Assembly (NCBI GenBank): GCA_030390025.1
Contig: JASTWF010000034.1
Coordinates: 5,518,001-5,582,000 of the forward strand
DNA: 64,000 nucleotides
Source of the DNA: Squalus acanthias
Taxonomy: Eukaryota
Direction of reading: 5' to 3'
Shown here: piece after piece, positions 26,306-39,172 of the stretch
Numbering within the stretch: position 1 is the first letter of the stretch
Layout: the number at the start of each line of letters is the position of its first letter
Made by a program: the position numbers and the translations under genes
The notes under the pieces: model-generated
Told to the model about the DNA's origin: nothing
What the model saw: only the letters and a program-made list of their open reading frames with translations
The model's database searches: none

Positions 26306-27536
26306 GTGGAATGTTGGTTCAAGTGAAGTTCGTGGTATACAGAATGTATAGTGACCGTATAAGTGAGGTCAGTGAAATATCGGAATGGGTAGTAACAGTA
26401 GATGTGAAGTCAGTTACATTTCTAAATAACTATCAAATCTTACTGCATGTTCTGTGTGAAGCGATGATTTCTGTTGCTTGTGTTGAAACCGGCAGTGAGA
26501 CTGTCAGCTAACAGGGTCATATTAGTGCCAGTCCGTTGGTCACAGCAGCATCAGACATTATTCCCGCTCATGTTTGTTACAGAACTGAAAATATTTAAAT
26601 AGGGATATCGAGGAGGGGCAATCAGGACAATCCACTTCTCCCAAAGATCAGTTTCTGAACACTCCAGGTTTGCTAATTCAAACTGATCATTAGTTCGTGC
26701 TGTACCAGAGAATTTTATTTGTGAACTGACCTGCTCCATGTTTCAAGAACGGTATCTGAGTGTAAACTGACCGGGTGAATTGGATAGACAGTCGCTGAAA
26801 TGACAGGATTAGAATTTATCACCGAAATTGTCTGAAATCTGTAACTAAGTCTCTGCTCTCAATGTAATGCTATCGGACTGTGGGACTCATATTTTTAATT
26901 TTCCCAGTTCTAGTGGAATAATATTCAGTCTTTGGGAAGTTCGGCTTAAAGATGGGCAATACCTGTCTAATATTAATATAGATATAAAATCATATACTTT
27001 ATATTTGTTATATGAAGTGCCGGACCAGAACAGGTTAATTTCAGCCGTTCAGTGACTAATTGATGAGAGTCTCCATGGGAACTAATTGTCTCTGCTTGTT
27101 ATTAATTCCAGTCAGTTGAACACAGCAGGTCACAGATTATTCTTTCCAATGTTTATTATAATGGAACATATTTAAAATATATCACAGATCTGCATTTTGC
27201 TAATCTCAATAAATCAATTCCTATCATTTAATCATTAAACACTCTGACTGTCCAGAAACCAAGAGATGTTCATCTCACTCAGCGAGGTTGCACTGTGGGA
27301 ATCGGGTTCACTCTGCAGGATTGAAAATGTAGACTGCTGGGTGGAAAGGTGCTAATAAATATCAGGACTTTCAAAATACGGCAACAGATTCTGACCATTG
27401 TAAGCAGCACATTTCAGAGATTCACTATTCCTCTTTATAAGTTCAGTCTATACAGCATCAGTGTGAAAATCCCAGCCCCCCTAAGAAGGCAGAACCCAGG
27501 CAACACCGACGGTCCCTCATTGTGGGGGATGGAGAT

Positions 27537-27884
27537 TTATCTGAAAGTTTTGTCTACACTGGTTAGAATCTGGATTATATCTTTGAATGTTCTGGTACTG
27601 AGCTGACACTGTCCAACACAGGATCCCTCTGAAATTTCCACCAGTAACAGTGAACCTGAATCCCAGCATTAAACAAGACAGGTTACATTCCCGGCCGTGA
27701 TTACATCTCTGAATCCATTCAATCAGTGAATTTAATGATTGAATTGTTGGGAGTGTATTGTAGAATTGAGCAGAGTATTAGTTTGGGGCATCTCTTAAAA
27801 TATGTTCTGTGATCTCAGAAATGATAATGGGAGATTGTGTAAATCTGTTGTCAGCTTACTGTGACTAATAAGAAGCAGAGACAT
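27537..27884 (-). pseudogene. Copy 4 of putative small gene; second donor lost, would give 47 aa MSLLLISHSSLLLVEISEGSCVGQCQLSTRTFKDIIQILTSVDKTFR; upstream region truncated
   Basis: Exon 1 27860-27884, exon 2 27541-27655 in frame; donor GT>AT so TAA at 27537-27539 is reached; exon 3 equivalent 27279-27312; AATAAA at 27152-27157. Confidence 0.4.
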
Positions 27885-28042
27885 GTAGGTTCCAGGGTGA
27901 GGCACATTCAATCCAGTCACTGAACAGCAGCAGATTCCCTTTCCACTCGAAGACTCTTTACACAACAATATACTTTAAACCAGGTATTGGACAGATGAAT
28001 ATTAAAAAACCCCACAAACCACAGAATAGGATCATTTTAATA

Positions 28043-31000
28043 ACTAACCGGTCTGGGTATACACCTGACTCCAGTCCCTCACTACCCAGTCTGGGCCGAC
28101 ACCTGACTCCAATCCCTCATTACACAGTCTGGGTATACTCCTGATTCCAGTCCCTCAATACCTGGTCTGGTCCTACAGCTGACTTCAGTCCCTCACTGCA
28201 CGGTCTGGGCCTACATCTGACTCCATTCCCTCTAAACCAGGTCTGGCCCTACACCTGACTCCAGTCCCTCACTACCCAGTCTGGGCCTACACCTGACTCC
28301 AATCCCTCACTACCCAGTCTGGGCCTACACCTGACTCCAGTCCCTCAGTACCTGGTCTTGGCCTACACCCGAATCCACTCCCTCACTACCCGGTCTGGGT
28401 ATGCACCTGACTCCTTCCCTCACTAGCCGGTCTTGGCCTACACCGGACTCCAGTCCCTCACTACCCCCTCTTAGCCTACACCGGACTCCGGTCCCTCACT
28501 ACCTGGTCTGGGTCTACACCTGACTCCAGTCCCTCACTACCCTGTCTGGGTATACACCTGAATCCTGTCCCTCAATACCTGGTCTGGTCCTACAGCTGAC
28601 TTCAGTCCCTCACTGCACGGTCTGGCCTACATCTGACTCCATTCCCTCTAAACCAGGTCTGGCCCAACACCTGACTCCGGTCCCTCAATAACTTGTCTGG
28701 GCCCACACCTGACTCCGGTCCCTCAATACCTGGTCTGGTCCTACACCTGACTCCAGTCCCTCACTACCCGGTCTGGGTCTATACCTCACTCCAGTCCCTC
28801 ACTATTCGTCTGAGCCGACACCTGACTCCAGTCCCTCAATACCCGGTCTGGGCCTACACCTGACTGCAATCCCTCACTACGCAGTCTTGGTATACACCTG
28901 ACTCCATTCCCTCACTACCCGGTCTGGGCCTACACCTGACTCCAGTCCCTCACTACCCGGTCTGGTCCTACACCTGACTCCAGTCCCTCACTACCCGGTC
29001 TGGGTCTACACCTGACTCCAGTCCCTCACTACCCGGTCTGGGTCTACACCTGACTCGAGTCCCTCACTACCCGGTCTGGACCTACACCTGACTCCAGTCC
29101 CTCACTACCCGGTCTTTGCCTGCACCTGACTCCAGTCCCTCACTACCCGGTCTGGGCCCACACCTGACTCAAGTCCCTCACTACCCAGTCTGGGTATACA
29201 CCTCACTCCAGTCCCTCACTACCCGGTCTGGGACTCCACCTCACTCCAGTCCCTCACTACCCAGTCTGAGCCTACACCTGACTTCAGTCCCTCAGTACCT
29301 GGTCTGGGTCTACACCTGACTCCAGTCCTTCACTACCCGGTCTGGGCCCAAACCTGACCCTGGTCCCTCAATACCCGGTCTCGGCCTATACATGACTCCA
29401 GTCCCTCACTACCCAGTCTGAGCCCACACCTGACTCAGGTCCCTCACTACCTGGTCTGGTCCTGCACCTGACTCCGGTCCCTCAGTACCCGGTCTGGGCC
29501 TACACCTGACACCATTCCCTCAATACCCGGTCTGGGTATGCACCTGACTCCTTCCCTCAATAGCCGGTCTTGCCTACACCCGACTCCAGTCCCCCACTAC
29601 CCGGTCTGGCCCCACACCTGACTCCAGTCCCTCACTACTCCCTCATAGCCTACACCTGACTCCAATCCCTCACTACCTGGTCTGGGTCTCCACCTGACTC
29701 CAGTCTCTCAATACCCGGTTTGGATCTACACCTGACTCCAGTCCCTCACAGCCCGGTCTGGGCCTACACCTTACTCCAGTCCCTCACTACCCGGTCTGGG
29801 CTGGCACCTGACTCCAGTCCCTCACTACCCGGTTTGGATCTTCACCTGACTCCAGTCCCTCACGACCCAGTCTGGGCCTGCACCTGACTCCAATCCCTCA
29901 CTACCGAGTCTGGCCTACAACCTGACTCCAGTCCCTCACTAACTGGTCTTGGCCTGCACCCAAATCCAGTCCCTCACTACCCGGTCTGGGCCCACACCTG
30001 ACTCCAGTCCCTCACTACCCAGTCTGGGCCTACACCTGACTCCAATCCCTCACTACCTGGTATTGGCCTACACCCGAATCCAGTCCCTTACTACCCGGTC
30101 TGGGTATGCAACTGACTCCTTCCCTCAATAGCCGGTCTTGCTTACACCCGACTCCAGTCCCACACTACCCGGTCTGGGCCTGCACCTGACTCCAGTCCCT
30201 CACTACTCCCTCATAGCCTACACCTGACTCCAATCCCTCACTACCTGGTCTGGGCCTACACCTGACTCCAGTCCCTCACTACCTGGTATTGGCCTACACC
30301 CGAATCCAGTCCCTCACTACCTGGTCTGGTCCTGCACCTGACTCCGGTCCCTCAGTACCCGGTCTGGGCCTACACCTGACACCATTCCCTCAATACCCGG
30401 TCTGGGTATGCACCTGACTCCTTCCCTCAATAGCCGGTCTTGCCTACACCCGACTCCAGTCCCCCACTACCCGGTCTGGCCCCACACCTGACTCCAGTCC
30501 ATCACTACTCCCTCTTAGCCTACACCTGACTCCAATCCCTCACTACCTGGTCTGGGTCTCCACCTGACTCCAGTCTCTCAATACCCGGTTTGGATCTACA
30601 CCTGACTCCAGTCCCTCACAGCCCGATCTGGGCCTACACCTTACTCCAGTCCCTCACTACCCGGTCTGGGCTGGCACCTGACTCCAGTCCCTCACTACCC
30701 GGTTTGGATCTTCACCTGACTCCAGTCCCTCACGACCCAGTCTGGGCCTGCACCTGACTCCAATCCCTCACTACCGAGTCTGGCCTACAACCTGACTCCA
30801 GTCCCTCACTAACTGGTCTTGGCCTGCACCCAAATCCAGTCCCTCACTACCCGGTCTGGGCCCACACCTGACTCCAGTCCCTCATTACCCGGTCTGGGTC
30901 TACACCTGACTCCAGTCCCTCACTACCCAGTCTGGGCCTACACCTGACTCCAATCCCTCACTACCCAGTCTGGGCCTACACCTGACTCCAGTCCCTCACT

Positions 31001-34000
31001 ACCTGGTATTGGCCTACACCCGAATCCAGTCCCTTACTACCCGGTCTGGGTATGCAACTGACTCCTTCCCTCAATAGCCGGTCTTGCTTACACCCGACTC
31101 CAGTCCCACACTACCCGGTCTGGGCCTGCACCTGACTCCAGTCCCTCACTACTCCCTCATAGCCTACACCTGACTCCAATCCCTCACTACCTGGTCTGGG
31201 TCTACACCTGACTCCAGTCTCTCACTATCCGGTCTGGGTCTGCACCTGACTCCAGTCCCTCACTACACGGTCTGGGTAGACACCTGAATCCAGTCCCTCA
31301 ATACCTGGTCTGGTCCGACAGCTGACTTCAGTCCCTCACTACACGGTCTGGGCCTACATCTGACTCCATTCCCTCTAAACCAGGTCTGGCCCTACACCTG
31401 ACTCCAGTCCCTCACTACCCAGTCTGGGCCTACACCTGACTCCAATCGCTCACTAACCAGTCTGGGCCTACACCTGACTACAGTCCCTCACTACCTGATC
31501 TTGGCCTACACCCGAATCCAGTCCCTCACTACCCGGTCTGGGTATGCACCTGACTCCTTCCCTCACTAGCCGGTATTGGCCTACACCCGACTACAGTCCC
31601 CCACTACCCGGTCTGGGCCCACACCTGACTCCAGTCCCTCAATACCCGGTCTGGGTCTACACCTGACTCCAGTCTCTCACTATCCGGTCTGGGTCTGCAC
31701 CTGAATCCAGTCCCTCAATACCTGGTCTGGTCCTACAGCTGTCTTTAGTCCCTCACTGCACGGTCTGGGCCTACTTCTGACTCCATTCCCTCTAAACCAG
31801 GTCTGGCCCTACACCTGACTCCAGTCCCTCACTACCCGGTCTGGGTATACACGTAACTCCAGTCCCTCATTACCAGGTCTGGGCCGACACCTGACTCCAG
31901 TCCCTCAATACCCGGTCTGGGTCTACACCTGACTCCAGTCCCTCACTCCCCGGTCAAGGTCTACACATCACTCCAGTCCTTCACTACCCATGCTGGGTCT
32001 ACATCTGACTCCACCCCCTCACTACCCGGTCTGGGCCACATCTGACTCCACTCCCTCACTAACCGGTCAGGGCCTACATCTGACTCCATTCCCTCTATAC
32101 CAGGTCTGGCACTACACCTAACACCGGTCCCTCACTACCAGGTCTGGGCCTACACCTGACTCCAGTGCCTCACTACCCGGTCTGGGTCTACACCTGACTC
32201 CAGTCCCTCACTACCTGGTCTGGGTATACACCTGACTCCAATCCCTCACTACCTGGTCTGGGTCTACTCCTGATTCCAGTCTCTCACTACCCGGTCTGGT
32301 ACACACCTGAATCCAGTTCCTCAATACCTGGTCTGGTCCTACAGCTGACTTCAGTCCCTCACTGCACGGTCTGGGCCTACATCTGACTCCATTCCCTCTA
32401 AACCAGGTCTGGCTCTACACCTGATTCCAGTCCCTCACTACCCAGTCTGGGCCTACACCTGACTCCAATTCCTCACTACCCAGTCTGGGCCTACACCTGA
32501 CTCCAGTCCCTCACTACCTGGTCTTGGCCTACACCCGAATCCAGTCTCTCACTACCCGGTCTGGGTATGCACATGACTCCTTCCCTCACAAGCCGGTATT
32601 GGCCTACACCCGACTACAGTCCCCCACTACCCGGTCTGGGCCCACACCTGACTCCAGTCCCTCATTACACAGTCTGGGTCTACACCTGACTCCAGTCCCT
32701 CACTACCCCCTCTTAGCCTACACCTGACTCCAATCCCTCACTACACAGTCTGGGCCTACACCTGACTCCAGTCCCTCACTACCTGGTCTGGGCCGACACC
32801 TGACTCCAGTCCCTCACTATCTGGTCTGGGCCGACACCTGACTCCAGTCCCTCACTATCTGGTCTGGGTCTGCACCTGAATCCAGTCCCTCACTACCCGG
32901 TCTGGGTATACACCTGAATCCAGTCCCTCAATAACTGGTCTGGTCCGACAGCTGACTCCAGTCCCTCACTGCACGGTCTGGGCCTACATCTGACTCCATT
33001 CCCTCTAAACCAGGTCTGGCCCTTCACCTGACTCCAGTCCCTCACTACCCGGTCTGGGTATACACCTGACTCCAGTCCCTCATTGCCAGTTCTGGGCCGA
33101 CACCTGACTCCAGTCCCTCACTACCCGGTCTGGGTCTACACCTGACTCCAGTCCCTCACTACCCGGTCTGGGTCTACACATGACTCCAGTCCTTCACTAC
33201 CCAGGCTGGTCTACATCTGACTCCACTCCCTCACTACCCGGTCTGGGCCACATCTGAATCCACTCCCTCACTACCCGGTCAGGGCCTACATCTGACTCCA
33301 TTCCCTCTATATCAGGTCTGGCCGTACACCTGACTCCGGTCCCTCACTACCCGGACTGGCTCTACACCTGACTCCAGTCCCTCACTACCTGGTCTGTGCC
33401 TACACCTGACTCCAGACCCTCACTAACCGGTCTGGGCCTGCACCTGACTCCGGTCCCTCAATACCTGCTCTGGGCCCACACCAGACTCCGGTCCCTCAAT
33501 ACCTGGTCTGGTCCTACACCTGACTCCAGTCCCTCACTACCCGGTCTGGGTCTATACCTCACTCCAGACCCTCACTATCCGTCTGAGCCGACACCTGACT
33601 CCAGTCCCTCAATACCCGGTTTGGATCTACACCTGACCCCAGTCCCTCACTACCCGGTCTGGGCCTACACCTGACACCAGTCCCTTATTACCCGGTCTCA
33701 GTCTACACCTGACTCCAGTTCCTCATTACCCGGTCTGAGTCTACACCTGACTCCAGTCCCTCACAACCCAGGCTGGGTCTACACCTGACTCCAGTCCCTC
33801 ACTACCCGGTCTGGGCCTATACCTGAATCCAGTCCCTCAATAACTGGTCTGTTCCTACAGCTGACTTCAGTCTCTCACTGCACGGTCTGGGCCTACATCT
33901 GACTCCATTCCCTCTAAACCAGGTCTGGCCCGACACCTGACTCCGGTCCCTCACTTCCCGGTCTGGGCCTGCACCTGACTCCGGTCCCTCAATACCTGGT

Positions 34001-37000
34001 CTGGGCCCACACCTGACTCCGGTCCCTCACTACCTGGTCTTGTCCTACACCTGACTCCAGTCCCTCACTACCCGGTCTGGGTCTATACCTCAATCCAGCC
34101 CCTCACTATCCGTCTGAGCCGACACCTGAATCCAGTCCCTCAATACCCGGTTTGGATCTACACCTGACTCCAGTCCCTCTCGGCCCGTTCTGGTCCTACA
34201 CCTAACTCCAGTCCCTCACTAACCGGTCTGGGCCTACACCTGACTCCAATCCCTCACTACGCAGTCTTGGTATACACCTGACTCCATTCCCTCATTACCC
34301 GGTCTGGGCCTACACCTGACTCCAGTCCCTCACTACCCGGTCTTGTCCTACACCTGACTCCAGTCCCTCACTACCCGGTCTGGGTCTACACCTGACTCCA
34401 GTCCCTCACTACCTGGTCTGGGTCTACACCTGACTCCAGACCCTCACTACCCGGTCTGGGCCCAAACCTGACTCCGGTCCCTCAATACCCGGTCTCGGCC
34501 TATACCTGACTCCAGTCCCTCACTACCGAGTCTGAGCCCACACCTGACTCCGGTCCCTCAATACCTGGTCTGGTCCTGCACCTGACTCCGGTCCCTCATT
34601 ACCCGGTCTGGTCCTACACCTGGCACCATTCCCTCAATACCCGGTCTGGGCCCAAACCTCACTCCGGTCCCTCAGTACCCGGTCTGGGCCTACACCTGAC
34701 ACCATTCCCTCAATACCCGGTCTTGGCCTACACCTGACTCCAGTCCCTCACCACCCGGTCTTGGCCTACACCTGACTCCAGTCCCTCACTACACGGTCTG
34801 GGTCTATACCTCACTCCAGACCCTCACTATCCGTCTGAGCCGACACCTGACTCCAGTCCCTCAATACCCGGTTTGGATCTGCACCTGACACCAGTCCCTC
34901 ACTACCCAGTCTGGGCCGGCATCTGATCCAGTCCCTCAATACCCGGTTTGGATTTTCACCTGACTCCAGTCCCTCACTAACCAGTCTGGGCCTACACCTG
35001 ATTCCAATCCCTCACTCCCCAGTCTGGGCCTACACCTGACTCCAGTCCCTCACCACCTGATCTTGGCCTGCACCCGAATCTAGTCCCTCACTACCCGGTC
35101 TGGGTATGCACCTGAATCCTTCCCTCAATAGCCGGGCTTGGCCTACACCAGACTCCAGTCCCCCACTACCCGGTCTGGGCCTACACCTGACTCCAGTCCC
35201 TCATTACTCGGTCTGGGTCTACACCTGACTCCAGTCCCTCACTACCCCCTCTTAGCCTACACCTGACTCCGGTCCCTCACTACCTGCTCTGGGTCTACAC
35301 CTGACTCCAGTCCCTCACTACCCGGTCTGGGTATACACCTGACTCCAGTCCCTCATTACCAGGTCTGGGCCGACACCTGACTCGAGTCCCTCACTACCCG
35401 GTCTCGGTCTACACCTGACTCCAGTCCCTCACTACCCGGTCTGGGTATACACATGACTCCAGTCCTTCACTACCCAGGCTGGGTCTACATCTGACTCCAC
35501 TCCCTCACTACCCGGTCTGGGCCACATCTGACTCCACTCCCTCACTACCCGGTCAGGGCCGACATCTGACTCCATTCCCTCTATACCAGGTCTGGCCCTA
35601 CACCTGACTCCAGTCCCTCACTACCTGGTCTGGGTATACACCTGACTCCAGTCCCTCACTACCCGGTCTGAGCCTGCACCTGACTCCGGTCCCTCAATAC
35701 ATGGTCTGGGTATACACCAGACTCCGGTCCCTCAATACCTGGTCTGGTCCTACAGCTGACTCCAGTCCCTCACTGCACGGTCTGGGCCTACATCTGACTC
35801 CATTCCCTCTAAACCAGGTCTGGCCCTACACCTGACTCCAGTCCCTCACTACCCGGTCTGGGTATACACCTGACTCCAGTCCCTCATTACCAGGTCTGGG
35901 CCGACACCTGACTCCTGTCCCTCATTACCAGGTCTGGGTCTACACCTGACACCATTCCCTCAATACCCGGTCTTGGCCTACACCTGACTCCAGTCCCTCA
36001 CTACACGGTGTGGGCCTACACCTGACTCCAGTCCCTCACTATCCGTCTGGGCCTACACCTGACTCCAGTCCCTCACCACCTGATCTTGGCCTGCACCCGA
36101 ATTCAGTCCCCCACTAACCGGTCTGGGTATGCACCTGAATCCTTCCCTCAATAGCCGGTCTTGGCCGACACCCGACTCCAGTCCCCCACTACCCGGTCTG
36201 GGCCTACACCTGACTCCAATCCCTCACTACCCAGTCTGGGCCTACACCTGACTCCAGTCCCTCACCACCTGATCTTGACGTGCACCCGAATCTAGTCCCT
36301 CACTACCCGGTCTGGGTATGCACCTGAATCCTTCCCTCAATAGCCGGGCTTGGCCTACACCCGACTCCAGTCCCCCACTACCCGGTCTGGGCCCACACCT
36401 GACTCCAGTCCCTCATTACCCGGTCTGGGTCTACTCCTGACTCCAATCCCTCACTACCTGGTCTGGGTCTACACCTGACTCCAGTCTCACACTATCCGGT
36501 CTGGGTCTGCACCTGACTCCAGTCCCTCACTACCCGGTCTGGGTATACACCTGAATCCAGTTCCTCAATACCTGGTCTGGTCCTGCAGCTGACTTCAGTC
36601 CCTCACTGCACGGTCTTGGCCTACATCTGACTCCATTCCCTCTAAACCAGGTCTGGCCCTAAACCTGACTCCAGTCCCTCACTACCCAGTCTGGGCCTAC
36701 ACCTGACTCCAATCCCTCACTACCCAGTCAGGGCCTACACCTGACTCCAGTCCCTCACTACCTGGTCTTGGCCTACACCCGAATCCAGTCCCTCACTATC
36801 CGGTCTGGGTATGCACCTGATTCCTTCCCTTACTAGCCGGTCTTGGCCTACACCCGACTCCAGTCCCTCACTACCCGGTCTGGGCCCACACCTGACTCCA
36901 GTCCCTCATTACTCGGTCTGGGTCTACACCTGACTCCAGTCCCTCACTACCCCCTCTTAGCCTACACCTGACTCCGGTCCCTCACTACCTGGTCTGGGTC

Positions 37001-38878
37001 TACACCTGACTCCAGTCCCTCACTATCCGGTCTGGGTCTGCACCTGACTCCAGTCCCTCACTACCCGGTCTGGGTATACACCTGACTCCAGTCCCTCATT
37101 ACCAGGTCTGGGCCGACACCTGACTCGAGTCCCTCACTACCCGGTCTCGGTCTACACCTGACTCCAGTCCCTCACTACCCGGTTTGGGTCTACACATGAC
37201 TCCAGTCCTTCACTACCCAGGCTGGGTCTACATCTGACTCCACTCCCTCACTACCCGGTCTGGGCCACATCTGACTCCACTCCCTCACTACCCGGTCAGG
37301 GCCGACATCTGACTCCATTCCCTCTATACCAGGTCTGGCCCTACACCTGACTCCAGTCCCTCACTACCTGGTCTGGGTATACACCTGACTCCAGTCCCTC
37401 ACTACCCGGTCTGGGCCTGCACCTGACTCCGGTCCCTCAATACATGGTCTGGGTATACACCAGACTCCGGTCCCTCAATACCTGGTCTGGTCCTACAGCT
37501 GACTCCAGTCCCTCACTACCTGGTCTGGGTATACACCTGACTCCAGTCCCTCACTACCCGGTCTGGGCCTACACCTGACTCCGGTCCCTCAATACATGTT
37601 GTGGGCATACACCTGACTCCAGTCCCTCACTATCCGTCTGAGCCGACACCTGACTCCAGTCCCGCAATACCCGGTTTGGATCTGCACCTGACACCAGTCC
37701 CTCACTACCCGGTCTGGGCCGACATCTGATCCAGTCCCTCAATACCCGGTTTGCATTTTCACCTGACTCCAGTCCCTCACTAACCAGTCTGGGCCTACAC
37801 CTGACTCCAATCCCTCACTACCCAGTCTGGGCCTACACCTGACTCCAGTCCCTCACCACCTGATCTTGGCCTGCACCCGAATCCAGTCCCTCACTACCCG
37901 GTCTGGGTATGCACCTGAATCCTTCCCTCAATAGCTGGTCTTGGCCTACACCCGACTCCAGTCCCCCACTACCCGGTCTGGGCCCACACCTGACTCCAGT
38001 CCCTCATTACCCGGTCTGGGTCTACACCTGACTCCAATCCCTCACTACCTGGTCTGGGTCTACACCTGACTCCAGTCTATCACTATCCGGTCTGGGTCTG
38101 CACCTGACTCCAGTCCCTCACTACCCGGTCTGGGTATACACCTGTATCCAGTTCCTCAATACCTGGTCTGTTCCTGCAGCTGACTTCAGTCCCTCACTGC
38201 ACGGTCTGGGCCTACATCTGACTCCATTCCCTCTAAAGCAGGTCTGGCCCTACACCTGACTCCAGTCCCTCACTACCCAGTCTGGGCCTACACCTGACTC
38301 CAATCCCTCACTACCCAGTCTGGGCCTACACCTGACTCCAGTCCCTCACTACCTGGTCTTGGCCTACACCCGATTCCAGTCCCTCACTACCCGGTCTGGG
38401 TATGCACCTGATTCCTTCCCTTACTAGCCGGTCTTGGCCTACACCCGACTCCAGTCCCCCACTACCCGGTCTGGGCCCACACCTGACTCCAGTCCCTCAT
38501 TACTCGGTCTGGGTCTACACCTGACTCCAGTCCCTCTCTACCCCCTCTTAGCCTACACCTGACTCCGGTCCCTCACTACCTGGTCTGGGTCTACACCTGA
38601 CTCCAGTCCCTCACTATCCGGTCTGGGTCTGCACCTGACTCCAGTCCCTCTCTACCCGGTCTGGGTATACACCTGACTCCAGTCCCTCATTACCAGGTCT
38701 GGGCCGACACCTGACTCGAGTCCCTCACTACCCGGTCTCGGTCTACACCTGACTCCAGACCCTCACTACCCGGTCTGGGTCTACACATGACTCCAGTCCT
38801 TCACTACCCAGGCTGGGTCTAAATCTGACTCCACTCCCTCACTACCCGGTCAGGGCCGACATCTGACTCCATTCCCTC
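28043..38878. repeat. 38-bp satellite (ctacccggtctgggcctacacctgactccagtccctca), segment 1
   Basis: 38-bp period; C-rich + strand; recurring ordered variants. Confidence 0.97.
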
Positions 38879-39092
38879 TGACGTAATAAAGACTCACTAC
38901 GCACTTGAACATAAAGCAAGGCTTTAATCAACTTGTAACAAACATGGAGGTCTAGTTAGCAGTCACTAGCTTCCTGTTTCCAGATTGTCTCTGCCCAAGG
39001 TGGGCCCATGCCTGAGTATTTATACTCCCTGGACGGCGCCCCAGCTGGCCACCCAGTAGTACTTCCTGAGTTGTTACTTGCGATTTATGACA
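38879..39092 (-). repeat. 3' LTR of copy A (214 bp)
   Basis: Direct repeat of 43173-43387; minus strand TGTCATAA..TTACGTCA; contains TATAAA and ATTAAA. Confidence 0.96.
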
Positions 39093-39104
39093 TTCTTCCT
39101 CCCT
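39093..39104 (-). other. Polypurine tract AGGGAGGAAGAA (copy B: 54791-54802)
   Basis: Purine run abutting the 3' LTR on the minus strand. Confidence 0.9.
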
Positions 39105-39172
39105 AAAAGGTTTGGAAGTCCAGTCTTCCTTTAACGGACTAGGCGGACCAGAAATAGCCGCAGACGTTTAGG

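Larger units (their letters stand above)
18170..28046. repeat. Four tandem diverged copies of a non-satellite unit: copy 1 ~18170-19311 (partial), copy 2 ~19311-22143, copy 3 ~22144-26305, copy 4 ~26305-28046 (truncated)
   Basis: Shared blocks in the same order in all copies (ccgggtgaatt, ctccatgggaactaatt, taacagtgaacctgaatccc). Confidence 0.92.

Noticed and set aside
19479..27606. Unspliced 62-91 aa ORFs in the duplicated units
   Set aside because: They recur only because of the duplication, often use non-ATG starts or degenerate minisatellite, and are broken in other copies
38886..38891. AATAAA near the LTR end as the element's poly(A) signal
   Set aside because: It is on the + strand, antisense to gag-pol
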